A stretch of DNA of 63,225 nt, counting the filler, from Octopus bimaculoides (lineage: Eukaryota), in the NCBI RefSeq assembly GCF_001194135.2. It is 4 parts of 4 records of this genome, joined end to end, with 100 filler letters (N's around TTAATTAATTAA, not from the genome) between each part and the next. Parts side by side here need not be neighbours in the genome. Positions count along the whole stretch, not along the records: positions 1 to 24,182 come from NC_068983.1; positions 24,283 to 33,462 come from NC_068982.1; positions 33,563 to 60,763 come from NC_068986.1; 1 more part is not named here. The stretch is one strand, 5' to 3'. The translations under genes and the position numbers were made by a program. Below, piece after piece: positions 23,262-37,562 of this stretch. How positions within the stretch are numbered: the first letter of the stretch is position 1; the number at the start of each line of letters is the position of its first letter. The notes under the pieces were generated by a model. It did no database searches, was not told where the DNA came from, and saw only the letters and a program-made list of their open reading frames with translations.

Positions 23262-24109
23262 AATTTATATACTGCTTATCTTCGACAAACTAGGACTCCA
23301 GTTAAATCACTCACATGCATCATGTATATATGTTAACTGCAAGTTAGCTCGGTTCAAATGGCATGCCTCTAAGAATATGTGTTCCGTTTCTGATCCTTCG
23401 CTTATTGTTAATGTTCTCTCTTTAGAAAAAAAGCAAGACAGAAATGTGTGATATGAAGAAGATTTTGCTGTATTTCTATCAGTTTGAACGACCATGGTTG
23501 AGACTTCTTTGAATACGTATATTTCTCACTTCCAACATTAATGTTCACTTGGCGATTCATTCTGGATGCGAAATGATCCATTGTGACTATACTAAAACCA
23601 TCCAATATTATTTCTGGTAACTGGGACAGCACACACGTGTGTGTGTGTGTGTTTTACTTCCTTGTACAGCTCTGAACGAATAAATAAATAATAAATCGTT
23701 TGTTATAATAATTCCAAGCCCCTAATTATATATAATCAGATGTCTTCTTACTGTCATCAGCTGCTTTTTTGTTGAGTGAGAAAGGATAGGAAGGAAGATA
23801 CTGTCGGGGGTTTTATTATTAGCCTACAAATCTAGTGACAAATTAACGCGCGTGCTATAGGGGACAGTTATTTAAAAGCTAAACATAGATTTTCATGGCT
23901 TAGACAGTATTTAACAAGGGAGTTGAATTAATAATGAACAGTCAAAATATTTGAAATATAATGAACACCCAACATGTGTGTGTTTTTAATACACGAATAA
24001 TATATATATGTATAGCATTTTCTACCTTTGACTTTTTTTCCTTATATATCAACTCGTGTGTTCCTTTTCAACCTTCTACACACACACACACACACATATA
24101 TATATACAT

Positions 24110-24182
<73 letters not shown>

Positions 24183-24282
24183 NNNNNNNNNNNNNNNNNN
24201 NNNNNNNNNNNNNNNNNNNNNNNNNNTTAATTAATTAANNNNNNNNNNNNNNNNNNNNNNNNNNNNNNNNNNNNNNNNNNNN
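24183..24282. other. Assembly spacer: 44 N + TTAATTAATTAA + 44 N (also 33463-33562 and 60764-60863)
   Basis: Three identical 100-bp constructs. The 12-mer puts stop codons in all six frames. Confidence 0.95.
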
Positions 24283-25607
24283 TATATATATATATATATG
24301 AATGTATGTAATTATGTATAGCTACAGACCAAGACACACACGTGTATGTGTGTTTATGAATGTATGTTTATAAGACACACAAACACATGTTCTATACATG
24401 TATGTGATAGCATGTGCGCCAGTGCAGATTTTGTTGTTGTAGTAAGTAGTTATTGTGTTAATAGCACATTATTCAGATTGTCATAGGAGCGCGAACTGAA
24501 CTTTTTTTTTTATTTAATTATGTATTTATTTTTTTGTTATGGGTGGGATCATTTTCGCCATGTCTGTCTTGTTACACAATTCATTATTAGCAAATTTTAC
24601 TGTGTTTGGACGATGAAAGCTACATGCTGCAAATTACTGTTGATGCCTGATGTGAGATACTCGAGAAAGCAATTAATAAATGAAACCCTAATGTTATCAA
24701 GTTTCATTTTCTTGATAGATATTTGCCTGTACTTCAGATGTGTCATAGCTGCTGAGCTTTTCCCTTTGAAAATTATTCTTTATATCTCAGGGAAATCGCT
24801 CTTCTGTTGTATATTCTTGTTTTCTATAGGCACACGGTGTCACATTTTTGGGAGAGATCGTGTCAGTCGATTATATCGACTCGAGTGCACACCTGCTATG
24901 TAGTCTATCGAAAGGCAAAGTTTACGTCGACAGAAGTTGAGTTCAGATCTTAAAACCGGAAGAAAAAAACAGTGACGCATTTTATTCGCATTATTTTTAT
25001 CATGCATATTATACCTTCCCTTTTTGATGACGTATTCGATTACATCACAGAGAGTCGTGTACATATCTTACAAAAAATCTCTGGTTCAAGGTTGATTTTA
25101 AGAATTCCGTTGTCATATCATAAACTCCTCATGTTATATATATATATATATNNNNNNNNNNNNNNNNNNNNNNNNNNNNNNNNNNNNNNNNNNNNNNNNN
25201 NNNNNNNNNNNNNNNNNNNNNNNNNNNNNNNNNNNNNNNNNNNNNNNNNNNNNNNNNNNNNNNNNNNNNNNNNNNNNNNNNNNNNNNNNNNNNNNNNNNN
25301 NNNNNNNNNNNNNNNNNNNNNNNNNNNNNNNNNNNNNNNNNNNNNNNNNNNNNNNNNNNNNNNNNNNNNNNNNNNNNNNNNNNNNNNNNNNNNNNNNNNN
25401 NNNNNNNNNNNNNNNNNNNNNNNNNNNNNNNNNNNNNNNNNNNNNNNNNNNNNNNNNNNNNNNNNNNNNNNNNNNNNNNNNNNNNNNNNNNNNNNNNNNN
25501 NNNNNNNNNNNNNNNNNNNNNNNNNNNNNNNNNNNNNNNNNNNNNNNNNNNNNNNNNNNNNNNNNNNNNNNNNNNNNNNNNNNNNNNNNNNNNNNNNNNN
25601 NNNNNNN

Positions 25608-25649
<42 letters not shown>

Positions 25650-25730
25650 AAAAATAAAGGGTAGCGAGATTTTTTTTTAGAAATTTCACTACCAGTGGCC
25701 TAGCATGTATGAAAAATCAATAAACATATT

Positions 25731-26258
25731 CTTAATATAAAATAGTGTACTTTAAACACAAGAGAAACTGCCTTCAACAGGCAGTTTTACACACTCGAAG
25801 AAGTAGACAAAACGAAAATGTTGTCCATTGACATTTTATACATGCGATGCCACTGATAGTGGAATTTCTAAAAGACCTCACTATCCTATATTTTACGTAT
25901 ATGTTTTTAGCAATTTTTAGCAATATTTAGAAGATTAGTTCGGCATATATTAATGTACTGCCGACTGAAAATGCGCTTGCGCAGTGAATTTGAAAAATTA
26001 TAATGTATAACGATGAGACACGTGCTATTCGTCTCTTAATTCTATGTTAGTGTTATAGCTCAGTCACTGATGAGAAATTCGCATAGAAAATTATTTATTT
26101 ACTAAAAAAATAACAACGTAAAAGTTTTTATTTTTCATTCATTTTGAAGATTGCTCTTAAATGTGGTTTTGGGCGTTTTGACTGCTCCTTCTAGCGTCTA
26201 AAACTGCTTGTTGAAGGCAGTTTCTCTTGTGTTTAAATGTGCACTATTTAATATTAAG
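25731..26258. mobile_element. 528-bp MITE with ~70-bp terminal inverted repeats
   Basis: 25731-25800 (CTTAATATAAAATAGTGTACTTTAAACACAAGAGAAACTGCCTTCAACAGGCAGTTTTAC..) is the reverse complement of 26188-26258 with a few mismatches. The interior is non-coding and AT-rich. Confidence 0.8.
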
Positions 26259-28099
26259 TATATATATTTATATATATATATATAACACTTTTCTCTTACC
26301 TTTGTATTTGTTTCAGTCATCTAACTCCCATACAGTGGAACCGTCTTGAAAGGGTTTAGTCCAATAGATGGTCTCCATATGTGTGTTTATGTTTGTGTGT
26401 CTGTTTTTGTGTGTGACCATATAAGATACGTGGACTTATGAATACTTAAAGTTAATTATAAATGTCTATTGAGAGGAGTCTTAGAAGTATAGTAGCTATT
26501 TGCTCCTGATAGCTGTGAAAGTGATGGATGAAGTTTAATATCTTTTTTCGATGGGAAAGAATGGTGTTGTGCTTTTCGAAACCTCTTCCCAGAGTGGAAA
26601 TATTATTAATGCAGCCTCGTCAGTACACCTGTTTCTTGTGGTGATAAATGACGGCTCCACAACCTTTACATTTTGATTGTATAGTGAGTTACTTCTATCG
26701 CCCATTATATGTCACATATTTTAGTGTATTTAGACATTAACAATTTATATGACGGCAGAGTAAAATGTCATTTATAAGATGCATGTAACATCTTTTTCTT
26801 ACTGCGAAGAAATCTATTATATAGAAATACAAAATATAACACTCATTTGCTTACTAGCATATTGTATAATCCATATAATCAATTATCGTACGTCTCTCAG
26901 AAACATTTTAAGATCTATCATAAATTTGAATATTTAATGTAACAAGAAACTCCTTTAAATTATGAGTAGATTTATGAAATCCAACGGCAAGTTTAGAAAG
27001 TAAGCGCTTTAAAGTTACATACAAGTAATATATAAAATATCCGCTGATTGTAAAGAAACCAAAAGACATAACAAAAGATGATACAAACTTGGATATTTGG
27101 TGGCATCTTGCAACACTTGGTAAGACAAGTTAATTTTGGCGAGTATCAGATCTTGTCACTGCACAGAGGGTCTAGTTAAATTGATCAATATCATTACTTG
27201 GTCTAAACGTAAAACGTCTCAGATAGAGTTTCGGTTATTCCGGCAGCTGACCTTAGCCAGGTAACACATAGCTTTGGCGGTAGGAAAATACCTGAATATT
27301 GGGCTAAATCCGATACGATATATGTTGCGCGTGTTGTGTTGTACAAGAATACCAGGTGCTTATTTCATAAGGTGTGCGATGTGTGAAGTTTTGTTCTATT
27401 TTGGCTGTTCCAGTGAATCGTCATTTAATCTATTGAACTGATAGTGTCATGCGCATAATGGGGACTCTTGTTAGCAGAGCTAATTTTTTGAACAGTGTGT
27501 AACGTGTGAGACCTGATATGGTTTCTGTCATATTTTAAATCAAACTTAATGATCAAAGTACTAACGATGTCAATTTAAGATTCAAGCCCCATATCTTGAA
27601 TATTCCAAAATTGAAGGTACTTGTAATTTTATAGATTATTTATTTGTTTTCGGACGACATTTTCAACAGAACGGATTGCGATGTGTATCGGTATACATGT
27701 TCTTGTTTTCAAGTCTTTTATTATAACATCTGTGCGATTTTTCGTAATGTCTTTGTTAAATTCGACAGACAAATATCAAATTTATATGGCTAGGCTCATA
27801 TCACGTACAGTGACATACTTGTATCCCTAATTGCATTTTTAATAGACGTCTTTGTATGTGGCTAAATGGGTGCGGGCACCATATCGATAATACTTGTGTA
27901 CATATTTACATCTGGTAGAATCTCATTGCGTTGATTGCGCATTCTGTATTTGGCGTTACGACCCAATTTCATATTCTATTCTTATACTTTATATTTTCGC
28001 CTTCCTTCTTGACTATTCGTGGGTCAAAGAGGCTTGCTACATCAGCTATATAGCATATGTGGCGCACCTTGTCCACCACCACTAGGTCTTTTTTTCTTC

Positions 28100-28153
<54 letters not shown>

Positions 28154-28242
28154 TTCTTCTTCTTCTTCTTCTTCTTCTTCTTCTTCTTCTTCTTCTTCTT
28201 CTTCTTCTTCTTCTTCTTCTTCTTCTTCTTCTTCTTCTTCTT
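28100..28242 (+). repeat. Compound (CAT)n(CTT)n microsatellite
   Basis: Directly visible. It explains the poly-His/Leu/Ile/Phe ORFs. Confidence 0.95.
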
Positions 28243-28573
28243 CTCTTTCTCCTTATTGTTATAAAGGNNNNNNNNNNNNNNNNNNNNNNNNNNNNNNNNN
28301 NNNNNNNNNNNNNNNNNNNNNNNNNNNNNNNNNNNNNNNNNNNNNNNNNNNNNNNNNNNNNNNNNNNNNNNNNNNNNNNNNNNNNNNNNNNNNNNNNNNN
28401 NNNNNNNNNNNNNNNNNNNNNNNNNNNNNNNNNNNNNNNNNNNNNNNNNNNNNNNNNNNNNNNNNNNNNNNNNNNNNGTGGTCGATTAATTAAGTACTAG
28501 TGAAACACTGGTGTCGATGTAATCGACTGGTCCCTCCATCAAAATGTCAGGCCTAGTGCCTGTAGTAGAAAGG

Positions 28574-28626
<53 letters not shown>

Positions 28627-31600
28627 GTTGTTGTTGTTTCTTTCTTCTTTCTTCAAATTTTCTTCCGTTCCTCGCCGAGTGTTTTCCGTACACCTGGGGC
28701 AGAGAAACTCATTGTATGCATTCCCAGTTTACACGCGCAAATTTACAGGTAAAGTATGTATTTGGAGAAGAGAAAATCCTAGTATCGGGTTACAACAAGT
28801 AACCTTAGATGCCAAGAACCCCCCTATGTATCCTAGGTAATTTACTCCACGTGTCTTTATTATTTTTTGAACTTATGACGGCAAGGTGGTTGAACCGGGA
28901 CATGGCGACGGACAAACTCTTCGGCCGCAGTCTTTCCAGCTTCACCTTCAATTTCTACCGAAGTCGATTTTCTTTACTTTCTTTGCCAGACTGATGAAAT
29001 ATGTGTTGGCGCATATGAGTATATTTTTGCGACATGTCTACAATCTACACTGTAGATGGTAAAACCTTTATATATTTCATGATTAGTGCTTTTGCTTTTT
29101 TCGCTTGACCAATTGTGTGCGTATATGGGCGTTAATAATCAGGCATCAGTGCGTGTGTGTGCGTAAATAGTCCAGTGGTGTCGCTTGTTTTGTATATGGT
29201 ACTGATTAGGTTGCGAGTTAATGACTACTGCTTATTTCAATGACTCATGGAAAAGGAATTTGAGTGCTGATCAACGATACTTCGCCTACGGACGCAAAGC
29301 GTCTACCTTTCACTAACATAATACATACAGACGTATGTTTAACACATTAGTATGGTGGTGTAGGTGTGCTCTATACATTTTAACAGCATTGTGTTTTTAT
29401 TAAGTCATAGTTGTTATTTATTACTGTAATTTATTAGTGTATCATTCAGCAGGCTGTCATGTTTATCTTTAGTATGTTGATAGAGTACCGAAAAAGCATG
29501 TGGTTGTTTACAATCTTGTTTACAAATTTCAATTGAGATATTCCATGAAGATTAAATTTGGAGTGTTTATGAAAATTGCTCCTTTCGATTATCACCCTCA
29601 GGGGCTGCTGGCCCCAGCAACATCTAAAAGAATTGTTTTATCTAATTTTGATTAGTGCTGTAAATATTTCGCATTTGTGTAAAATGCATTGCGTCACCTG
29701 AGCGATTCGCCAATATTTTCGGTATGGTAGCATAAGATTTAAAATTGCATTATCTCTTGATGAATTCGTGTGTGAGTGAAATATAAGAGCGACTATAAAT
29801 AAATGACTGATAAATGATCAAATAAATCAAAGAAAAAACACCCTTAACAGTGCTGATATCTATGCGCCAAATGTTGGGAAGGTTACGAATGTATAATTAT
29901 ATTCTACCAAATCAAGAATGTATCAGTTGCAGTTACCAAATTGTAAATATTCCTGATAATTTATACAAGTGTGTAGGAAAATTATTGTATGAATATACAA
30001 TGAAACTGATATAGTTTTACCAGCGAAATATATATTAATTCGTTGCGAAGTTCAATACCATGCTTATAAATCCAGAGGAGGTAATTTTACAGCCTTGAGG
30101 TAATTATTTCTTCAATTCATATTTCTTATTCTATGGATTATGTTTTCCTTGAGAAACTTAAGAAAACATATCTGGAATAGTTGTTAATATATGCAGGGAT
30201 GATTCTACAGCCTAAAAATGAATTATCTTATGTCATGTTAGGAATTGCGTCCATAAATTCTTCAGAAATCTAAACCTTTCTATTGATTTCAACAAGAATA
30301 TCACAGTTAGTAATTTCAAAGTTATAAAACTTCACATAAATTCTGGTTTATATTACCCTTTCCACGAAATGTTTGCAACGCATACATACAATTTATAATC
30401 ACTCTAAGCCCGTCATAATTTTTCCAATAGGGAACATATCGATTGGAATCTAGAAACATTCCGCTGATGAAAAGATTTATAGTGATAATGTGTAATATAG
30501 TAATGATTGTTTCCGTTGAAGCGGAAATTAGGTAAAAACAATAGACATATGCAACACTAAATTAAAACATTCGCGTAATGATTTAAAATTCCTTCCACCA
30601 TTAATGAAGATAAGCTTATAAAATTAAATTATAACTACGATTCTGTGAATAACAAAAACAAAAACGTAATTTCATATAAAGTGGATAGCACAACATCCGG
30701 AGCTATTAAGATAGATCCATCAGATAGAAATATAGATACAAAACGGCCCTAAACCTGCAAAGCTAACTTTAAAAGATAAACAGTATATGAATGGCACATT
30801 GAGATCGTTAAACAGATGATAAGGTATTCGTGTGCACAAAGTTATTGAAGTATGTATATCAGGAACATCTGACGTTATTTTTAATATTTCAGGTGTAAGA
30901 GTCCGTATAGAAAGTAAGTGATTCACCTTCAGTAATTAATATAGGAATCAATACATTGAATATATGAAGCATACAACCGATTAATGATTATGCGAAATAC
31001 CTTCAAATTCTTTCGTATTATACATATAGTAGTGTGTCTAATTCCTTCGCTAGCCGTATGTTACCTAAATCCAGCAATATGAAAAAAGTGTGGAGCAAAG
31101 TTGCCTGATATATAATGCATTACAATCCATGCCAATAAAGATCCAAATTCTTTAGTATCCCTGAGAAATACATTCATCTCCAGCACAAATATTACGGATC
31201 ATCAACATTTATCAGAGCGACTTTTTTATCCGATTTATGCAAACCTCGGCTGCCACATTGACGACATCAGTAAGTCGTGAATTGATTGAATGCAGAGCAT
31301 TTTATTTCGTCAGAATGCGTGGTAGGTATTTAATACGTTGGAGTTGGATTTAAGAATATGCAATGTATTTTTATCGGAGAAATTATATTTTAATACCTCC
31401 CCATTTTACGGTTGTGCATTATTTATAATTGTCCAGCTATTATAGAGCTAGTTTCCAACATTCCTCTCTTTTAAGTTCCAGACAAATCTACTTTAAGAAA
31501 TTAAGTTAACTTTCTTTTTTTCTTAATTTAAATGAAAATTTGTGATTATATAAATCTTGAAATCAGTTGTGCAAGCACCATTATAATAGCACGTACATTA

Positions 31601-34369
31601 CCCTGTTGTTACTGAATATTTCTATGTCATGTTCTTTCTTAACCACGGGTTATCCAGTGGACATTTTGACGAATTCCACAGTTACAACAACGTGTATACC
31701 TATTATTCGAAGATTTTTTGTTTCAAAAGTTTACATTCCATCCAGTTTCACTATTCAATGTTGGTCCATATATCTGTACTATATTATGATACATCTGATC
31801 TACATATTTCCTCCGTATTCGAGTCGGATATTTCAGATTCATTATAGGCAGTTTCTGCAATTAGTTTCTTAATAGTATTTTACTACCACATATATATGTC
31901 TTTAAAAGTTAATCTGTGAGGAACCCGAATTAAAAAAAAATTCCAAACGCCAAACGTTAAATGGATGTACACATTGAAAATATTAGTTTGAGGCGCAGTG
32001 AAAGTTTTAGATGGCAAACAAAAAGTAAAAAATATGATTTTCGATGCCGACTCCTCGTGGATAGTGGAAAAGAAGTCTAGAGAAAGGGAAAGGTAGAAGC
32101 AAATTATGGTCTCGAACAATGCACGTGGGAAACTACAGAGTCAGGAAAAACTGACCTAAAGTTGAAGAAAAAAATAATGTTTCTTTTATGGTACAAGAGT
32201 GAATAATTGTACCAAATTTATAGAAATTTAGATAACTGGATTACCCGTGTCAATTATGTCCTCCCCTACTATAAACTCTAATAACCTCTAAATTCTTCTT
32301 TGTTCTGACCAAATATACACTGTTCTGGTAAGATCATTCTGCCAAATGTGTTGTAACAGGTTCGATCTAAATAGTTTTACTCCGCGAATTTGTTAACTAT
32401 GGTGAATTAGTCGAACTGTGCTTTACTGTTGAAGTTCATGAATTCATCTGCGGAAAAGATTTTCTTTACAATGATGTAATGTTCTCATTAATCTATTTAA
32501 GGAGTCCTAATGAATTAACACCTGTACATTTTTTTACTGCTGTAATGGATTGATACCTGCACCTCTTTGTTGCTCACTTATATTTTATTCTCCCATCGTT
32601 GAATCTACGCTTCGTAAATATCATAAACAGTATTTTTAATATAAAAAAAACCTGTCTCAATAGTTAAGAGTGGATTTCTTCACTCGGCTGGGTCTTATTA
32701 TCTGCATACATTGCAAGAATATCATCTGACCGACACTTATACACCAAGTCTCAGATTCATTTAATATTGTTGAGTATACACGTTACTCAGACTTAACAAG
32801 GTGCCTCATTTTAAGCACCTAATTCAACAGAATCGTAATTGTATTCATATATACATACATATATTTATATATGCATAAATGCGTGTATGAGTGTACCTGT
32901 GTGTTTGTATGTGTGTGTGCCTGTGTGTGTATGTGTGAATCTATTCTATACAGTTTCGTTGTTCTTATCGGATGTTATAATCACAAATATAAAGAAATGA
33001 TTGCGTTTTAGTAACGGATAAAAACAAAATGTTGCGATGACCACGTGTCTGAAAGACTATCGTGTGTGTTTAATAATAACCTAGTCGTATCGTATAATAG
33101 TTCGTAATATGTCTAATAAGGCATTATTTATCATATCATGTGTTGATTCACAACGATATATGGTAATTAGACGTTATGTCGCCATGCAAAGCATTGTAAA
33201 AGTATGTTAGATTACATAACGTGATGTAATTTCACTAATTCTCTAAGACATTGGTGCACAATTTCTTAAAATCTAAGCTACACTAAGAAAGAACGCAAAA
33301 TTATTGATTTTTGCATGAAAAATATTCATCTTGCATAAACACCTCGTGTCTATGAATGTTTACATAGCTATGTATGCATCAGAGTAACTGACTTTACACA
33401 TACATACATACATACATACATAATACATACATACATACATACATACATACGAACATGTCTATNNNNNNNNNNNNNNNNNNNNNNNNNNNNNNNNNNNNNN
33501 NNNNNNTTAATTAATTAANNNNNNNNNNNNNNNNNNNNNNNNNNNNNNNNNNNNNNNNNNNNGCGAAATGGCGTAGAGCATAAAAGGATCTTTAACGATG
33601 TATATTTCGATGTCTTTTTCGACATTTTACCATAGTACAATCGACTGTACAATTATTGCTATCAATACGGTTGCTGCTATTGCCGTTACTACTACCACTA
33701 TTATTGATTGTTTATGACCATTTCTTCACCACTTTTCTGTATTTAACTGATGCGGGTCTCGTCAAACCTGTCAACGTTTTACCTTTATGTCGTAGCATCA
33801 GAAATCCGAATCAAAACTGTATGAGATAGATAGCCCTATGAAACCTTTTTGTATGTGATAGGCTGAAGATAATGGCTGGAGAATTGGAGTCGAATAAGGC
33901 TGGAGATTTGGAATCTTGTAATACACCATTTTCTTATAGAAACCATTGGTGGAGCTTATGTTCCTATTATTGTAGCTGATGGTGTGGCTGTGATTTTATG
34001 ATTGTATACATTTTTTGTTGTTTCGGGTGTTATCGCGACTTTTATTTTCGCGACTGAAGTTGTTGCTTCTAATAAGACAGTTTTTTTTTTTTAATACAGT
34101 TCTATCTCTTGTGGTTACTTAGCGTTCTTATTGAGTTTAACGTGTCGGTAATCTGTGTGACTTCTTTCATTTACACCTTCATCACACTGTTGCGTTTTGG
34201 TGAACCGTTTCAGGTTGATTGTATTGGAAGATACGCAAGTGAATGGAAATGAAAAAGAAACGCCATCACGATGATCACCACGAAAACAATACGTTTACAT
34301 ATTAAATCAACAGAGACCAACCGGTGCAACGAATTTAAAACGTAAGTTCGCAACAAAGGAAATCATACA

Positions 34370-34670
34370 AGAGATGACGATGATGACGATGATGATCGTC
34401 ATCATCCTCCACCTCCTCCTCATCATCATCAGCAGTAGCATCAATGCTACAACCGTCATTGTCATCACGATGTTCATAATAGTTATCCTAATCAACATCG
34501 TCATCATCATCATCGTCGTGGACGTCGTTTTCATCATTACCATCATCATCATCATTATCATCCTCACCACCATCATTGTCATCATAACATTATAATCATC
34601 ATCATTATGTTCAACAACAACAACACCAATAAAACAACAACAACAAAAACAGCAGCAACAGCAGCAGCTC
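34370..34670 (+). repeat. Degenerate (CAT)/(CAA)/(CAG) trinucleotide tract
   Basis: Directly visible. Confidence 0.9.
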
Positions 34671-36275
34671 ATTTCACGCTGGCATAAGCTGGATACGTCC
34701 GAACGAAATGTTCGTTAAATGACATACAGTGAAGAGAGGAACCCTGTTTAATTTATCACCCATTCTTGTTTATTTCCTCTTGTCAAGATTTAGTTCTGCT
34801 CATTTCTAACTATGAAATATGAGATTGCAACAAGAAGTCCGCGTGTTTATTTTATGGCCTTTGCCGTAATATGTGAAATTCACGTTTCCACTCCTACGAT
34901 ACTGTTTGAAAGTATTAAGTTATGAATGCCTTAAGGAAGATGCTGAATACAATGCATAAACAAACATATTCATAATGATAACGTGTAATACAATCCTTTC
35001 TTCTCAGTTCACAGAAATGTACAACTACCATGCTCATCTTATTGAATTTTTGAGATGTTACGCAGATCTTCTGTATCATGTGTGATGGTGTTTTCTTTTA
35101 TGCATATACGTATGTGTTTGCAAATATCTATATGTGTGTGTGTGTGGAGGGGAGGTTATTAGATGCGGTCTATATTGAAGGAATGAATAATGAATGTAAA
35201 ATATATAATAAAACTGCCAATTTCCGGCATCATACGAATTTTTTCTATCAAATTTAAACTATCTTTTCTATTTATTTTACAGACGCGTGCTTATACGACT
35301 AAAGATTTTCAGGCAAATGCACAACGATACATAAAATGATAAAATAACAAGGCTGGGAAGTTTAGCCAGGGTCATTCAAGCACAGAAAAGACATGTAGGT
35401 TAGACTCCAGAGGCAAATCTCAGAAAATTCAATCAGTTTACTCTCTGCCAAATTCCTTAATTAAAACATTTCTGAACGTTACCCACCTGCGAGTTATATT
35501 ATTAGAACCATTAAATGCGTTCAATGAAAACTCAGCTGTTCCGTAAAAGACACCAATAAGCTGCTTCAAAACTACAAGCTAATGAGAGGTTTTGTTATAG
35601 TCACACTTTCTTTTAGTATTATGCTGATAAGCATTTCTGCTTTAGTCACAAATTGTTCTTGCACACAATGCAAAGAATATTAATAATACGGATCTGCGCA
35701 GATTTATCTAAACAAAAATGATCGGAGGCGTAAAGAAGTTATATAAGCGGATATATGAGATAATAAATAACAATAAAAATTCAGTATAGAAGACAAAGTA
35801 TTTTAAAATATTATGTTGTTTTAAAAAATATATGAAACATAAAATATATGATAAATTTAATTAAGCAGATAGCACAGAAATTATAATTGAAATGAGTACG
35901 AGATACTGAGTCCAATGCAGATATAAAACTATGGATACTTTTTTAATAGTAGTAGACGATATCATGGCTGTCGGTACTCGAGAGATACTTTAATCTGAGG
36001 GAATGAAAATCAAATTTTACTGTGACGAAGACTGAATTAAATTGCCCGAAGAAATTTTCCCATATATTAAAGAAATAACTGTATTTAATCTAAATAACAA
36101 AAGCAACATCAATAATAATACAAATAATTGTCCTCTCTACTATAGGCACATGAGCTGAAATTTGGGGAAGGGGGTAGTTGATTACATTTATCGAGCCTGA
36201 AAGGGTGAAAGGCGAAGTCATCCTCGACGGAATCTGAACTCAGAACGAAGCGACGGGTGAAATACAAAAAAGCAT

Positions 36276-36719
36276 TACTACCTGAGCAAACCCGTAGACA
36301 AAAATGGTGTTCATCTTAGGTGATAACTACAACGTATATGTGATCAATGAAGAGAAAGAGGATCGTTTCAACTCACGGAACAGAGATTATGTGATCACAC
36401 TAGAGCAATGAGAAAAAATCGTTGGTTTATGAAAGTACAGCTCGAAGCTATCAAAAATCGGTTATTGGAAAACAGTAGCAGAGGAAACGAGGAAAATACA
36501 GTTCCTATTGATAAAAGTAATCTCATAGAATAAAACAGATGTGAAATCTCTAATAAACCACAAGAAAAGAATAGTGATAGCTTGCTTGAAGAGAGGCATA
36601 TAAATGGTTTGGAAGAAGACAATAAAACTATTGGTGAAGCGACAGATGAGAAAAAGGTAATCTACGACAGAACAAAGCAAGGCTACAGGAGAAAGATAGC
36701 AACACTATTTGCAACTTAA
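36276..36719 (+). pseudogene. 5' part of an R4/Dong-like retrotransposon ORF (degenerate)
   Basis: One frame with internal stops: YYLSKPVDKNGVHLR**LQRICDQ*RERGSFQLTEQRLCDHTRAMRKNRWFMKVQLEAIKNRLLEN... It matches the TEQRL.DQ.R.IRKN.W motif I recall from N-termini of these elements. Confidence 0.6.
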
Positions 36720-36984
36720 AATAGGCTGATCAGTGGAAATTGAACCAAGAAACGAAAAGCAAGACTAAAATTCTGAAATACCTCAGAACGAAAAGTATGA
36801 AATAAATTATCCATGGTAGAAAAGAAGAATGCACGCGGGGTGATATATGCTCTGGAAGGCCATTTCTGTATTACACCGAAAAGAGAAGTCGGGCCTTGAC
36901 AACCCATGCTGGTGTGTTTACTTCCCCGTAACCTAGCGGTTCAACAAAAGAATCGATAGAATAAGTACTAGGCTTGCGAAGACA

Positions 36985-36987
36985 ATA

Positions 36988-37021
<34 letters not shown>

Positions 37022-37101
37022 TAGAAGAAGAAGAAGAAGAAGAAGAAGAAGAAGAAGAAGAAGAAGAAGAAGAAGAAGAAGAAGAAGAAGAAGAAGAAGA
37101 A
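36985..37101 (+). repeat. Compound (TAA)n(GAA)n microsatellite
   Basis: Directly visible. A (CTA)n/(CTG)n tract follows at 37412-37563. Confidence 0.95.
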
Positions 37102-37411
37102 TGTTGTTGTTGTCAGTGATGATGATGTTGATGAAAAAGAAACAGAATTTATGAAAAAATAAATTTGCTGTGAAAAATCTACTCAGTATGTTTTTCTTTT
37201 AGGCATTTACGTTGCTGATATCGAATGATCCAGTGGAACACCAGGGAGAACAGCAAGACTCGCATATATTAAGTCGTTTGTCCAGTAAGCGTTTTCATGC
37301 AGTCATCTGTAATTCAGGAAGATTAAGTTGAAAATCTACGAAATCAGTTTAAAGTGTACAAAACATTTGTGAAAAAAATATCATCATAAAAGCAAAAGCA
37401 CTGACGTCTAT

Positions 37412-37459
<48 letters not shown>

Positions 37460-37503
37460 AACTACTACTGCTATTACTACTACTTCTGTCTCTGTTGCTC
37501 TTG

Positions 37504-37562
<59 letters not shown>

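Noticed and set aside
22315-23336. Long ORFs of 150-300 aa here and at 18-19 kb, 25 kb, 41-42 kb, 46 kb and 49 kb
   Set aside because: They consist of X from N gaps plus YI/HT/CV translations of dinucleotide repeats.
24227-24238. TTAATTAATTAA palindrome repeated three times inside N runs
   Set aside because: The identical 44N-12-44N format marks an artificial six-frame-stop scaffold linker, not biology.
28019-28500. Poly-His/Leu/Ile/Phe, poly-Pro and poly-Tyr ORFs (also 10424, 34307, 42995, 58719)
   Set aside because: They are translations of trinucleotide microsatellites with no domain content.
30893-30913. TTTCAG|21 nt|GTAAGT micro-exon candidate in the Arl8 intron with an in-frame TAA
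   Set aside because: By rough estimate about one such pairing is expected by chance in 41 kb of AT-rich DNA, and there is no supporting evidence.
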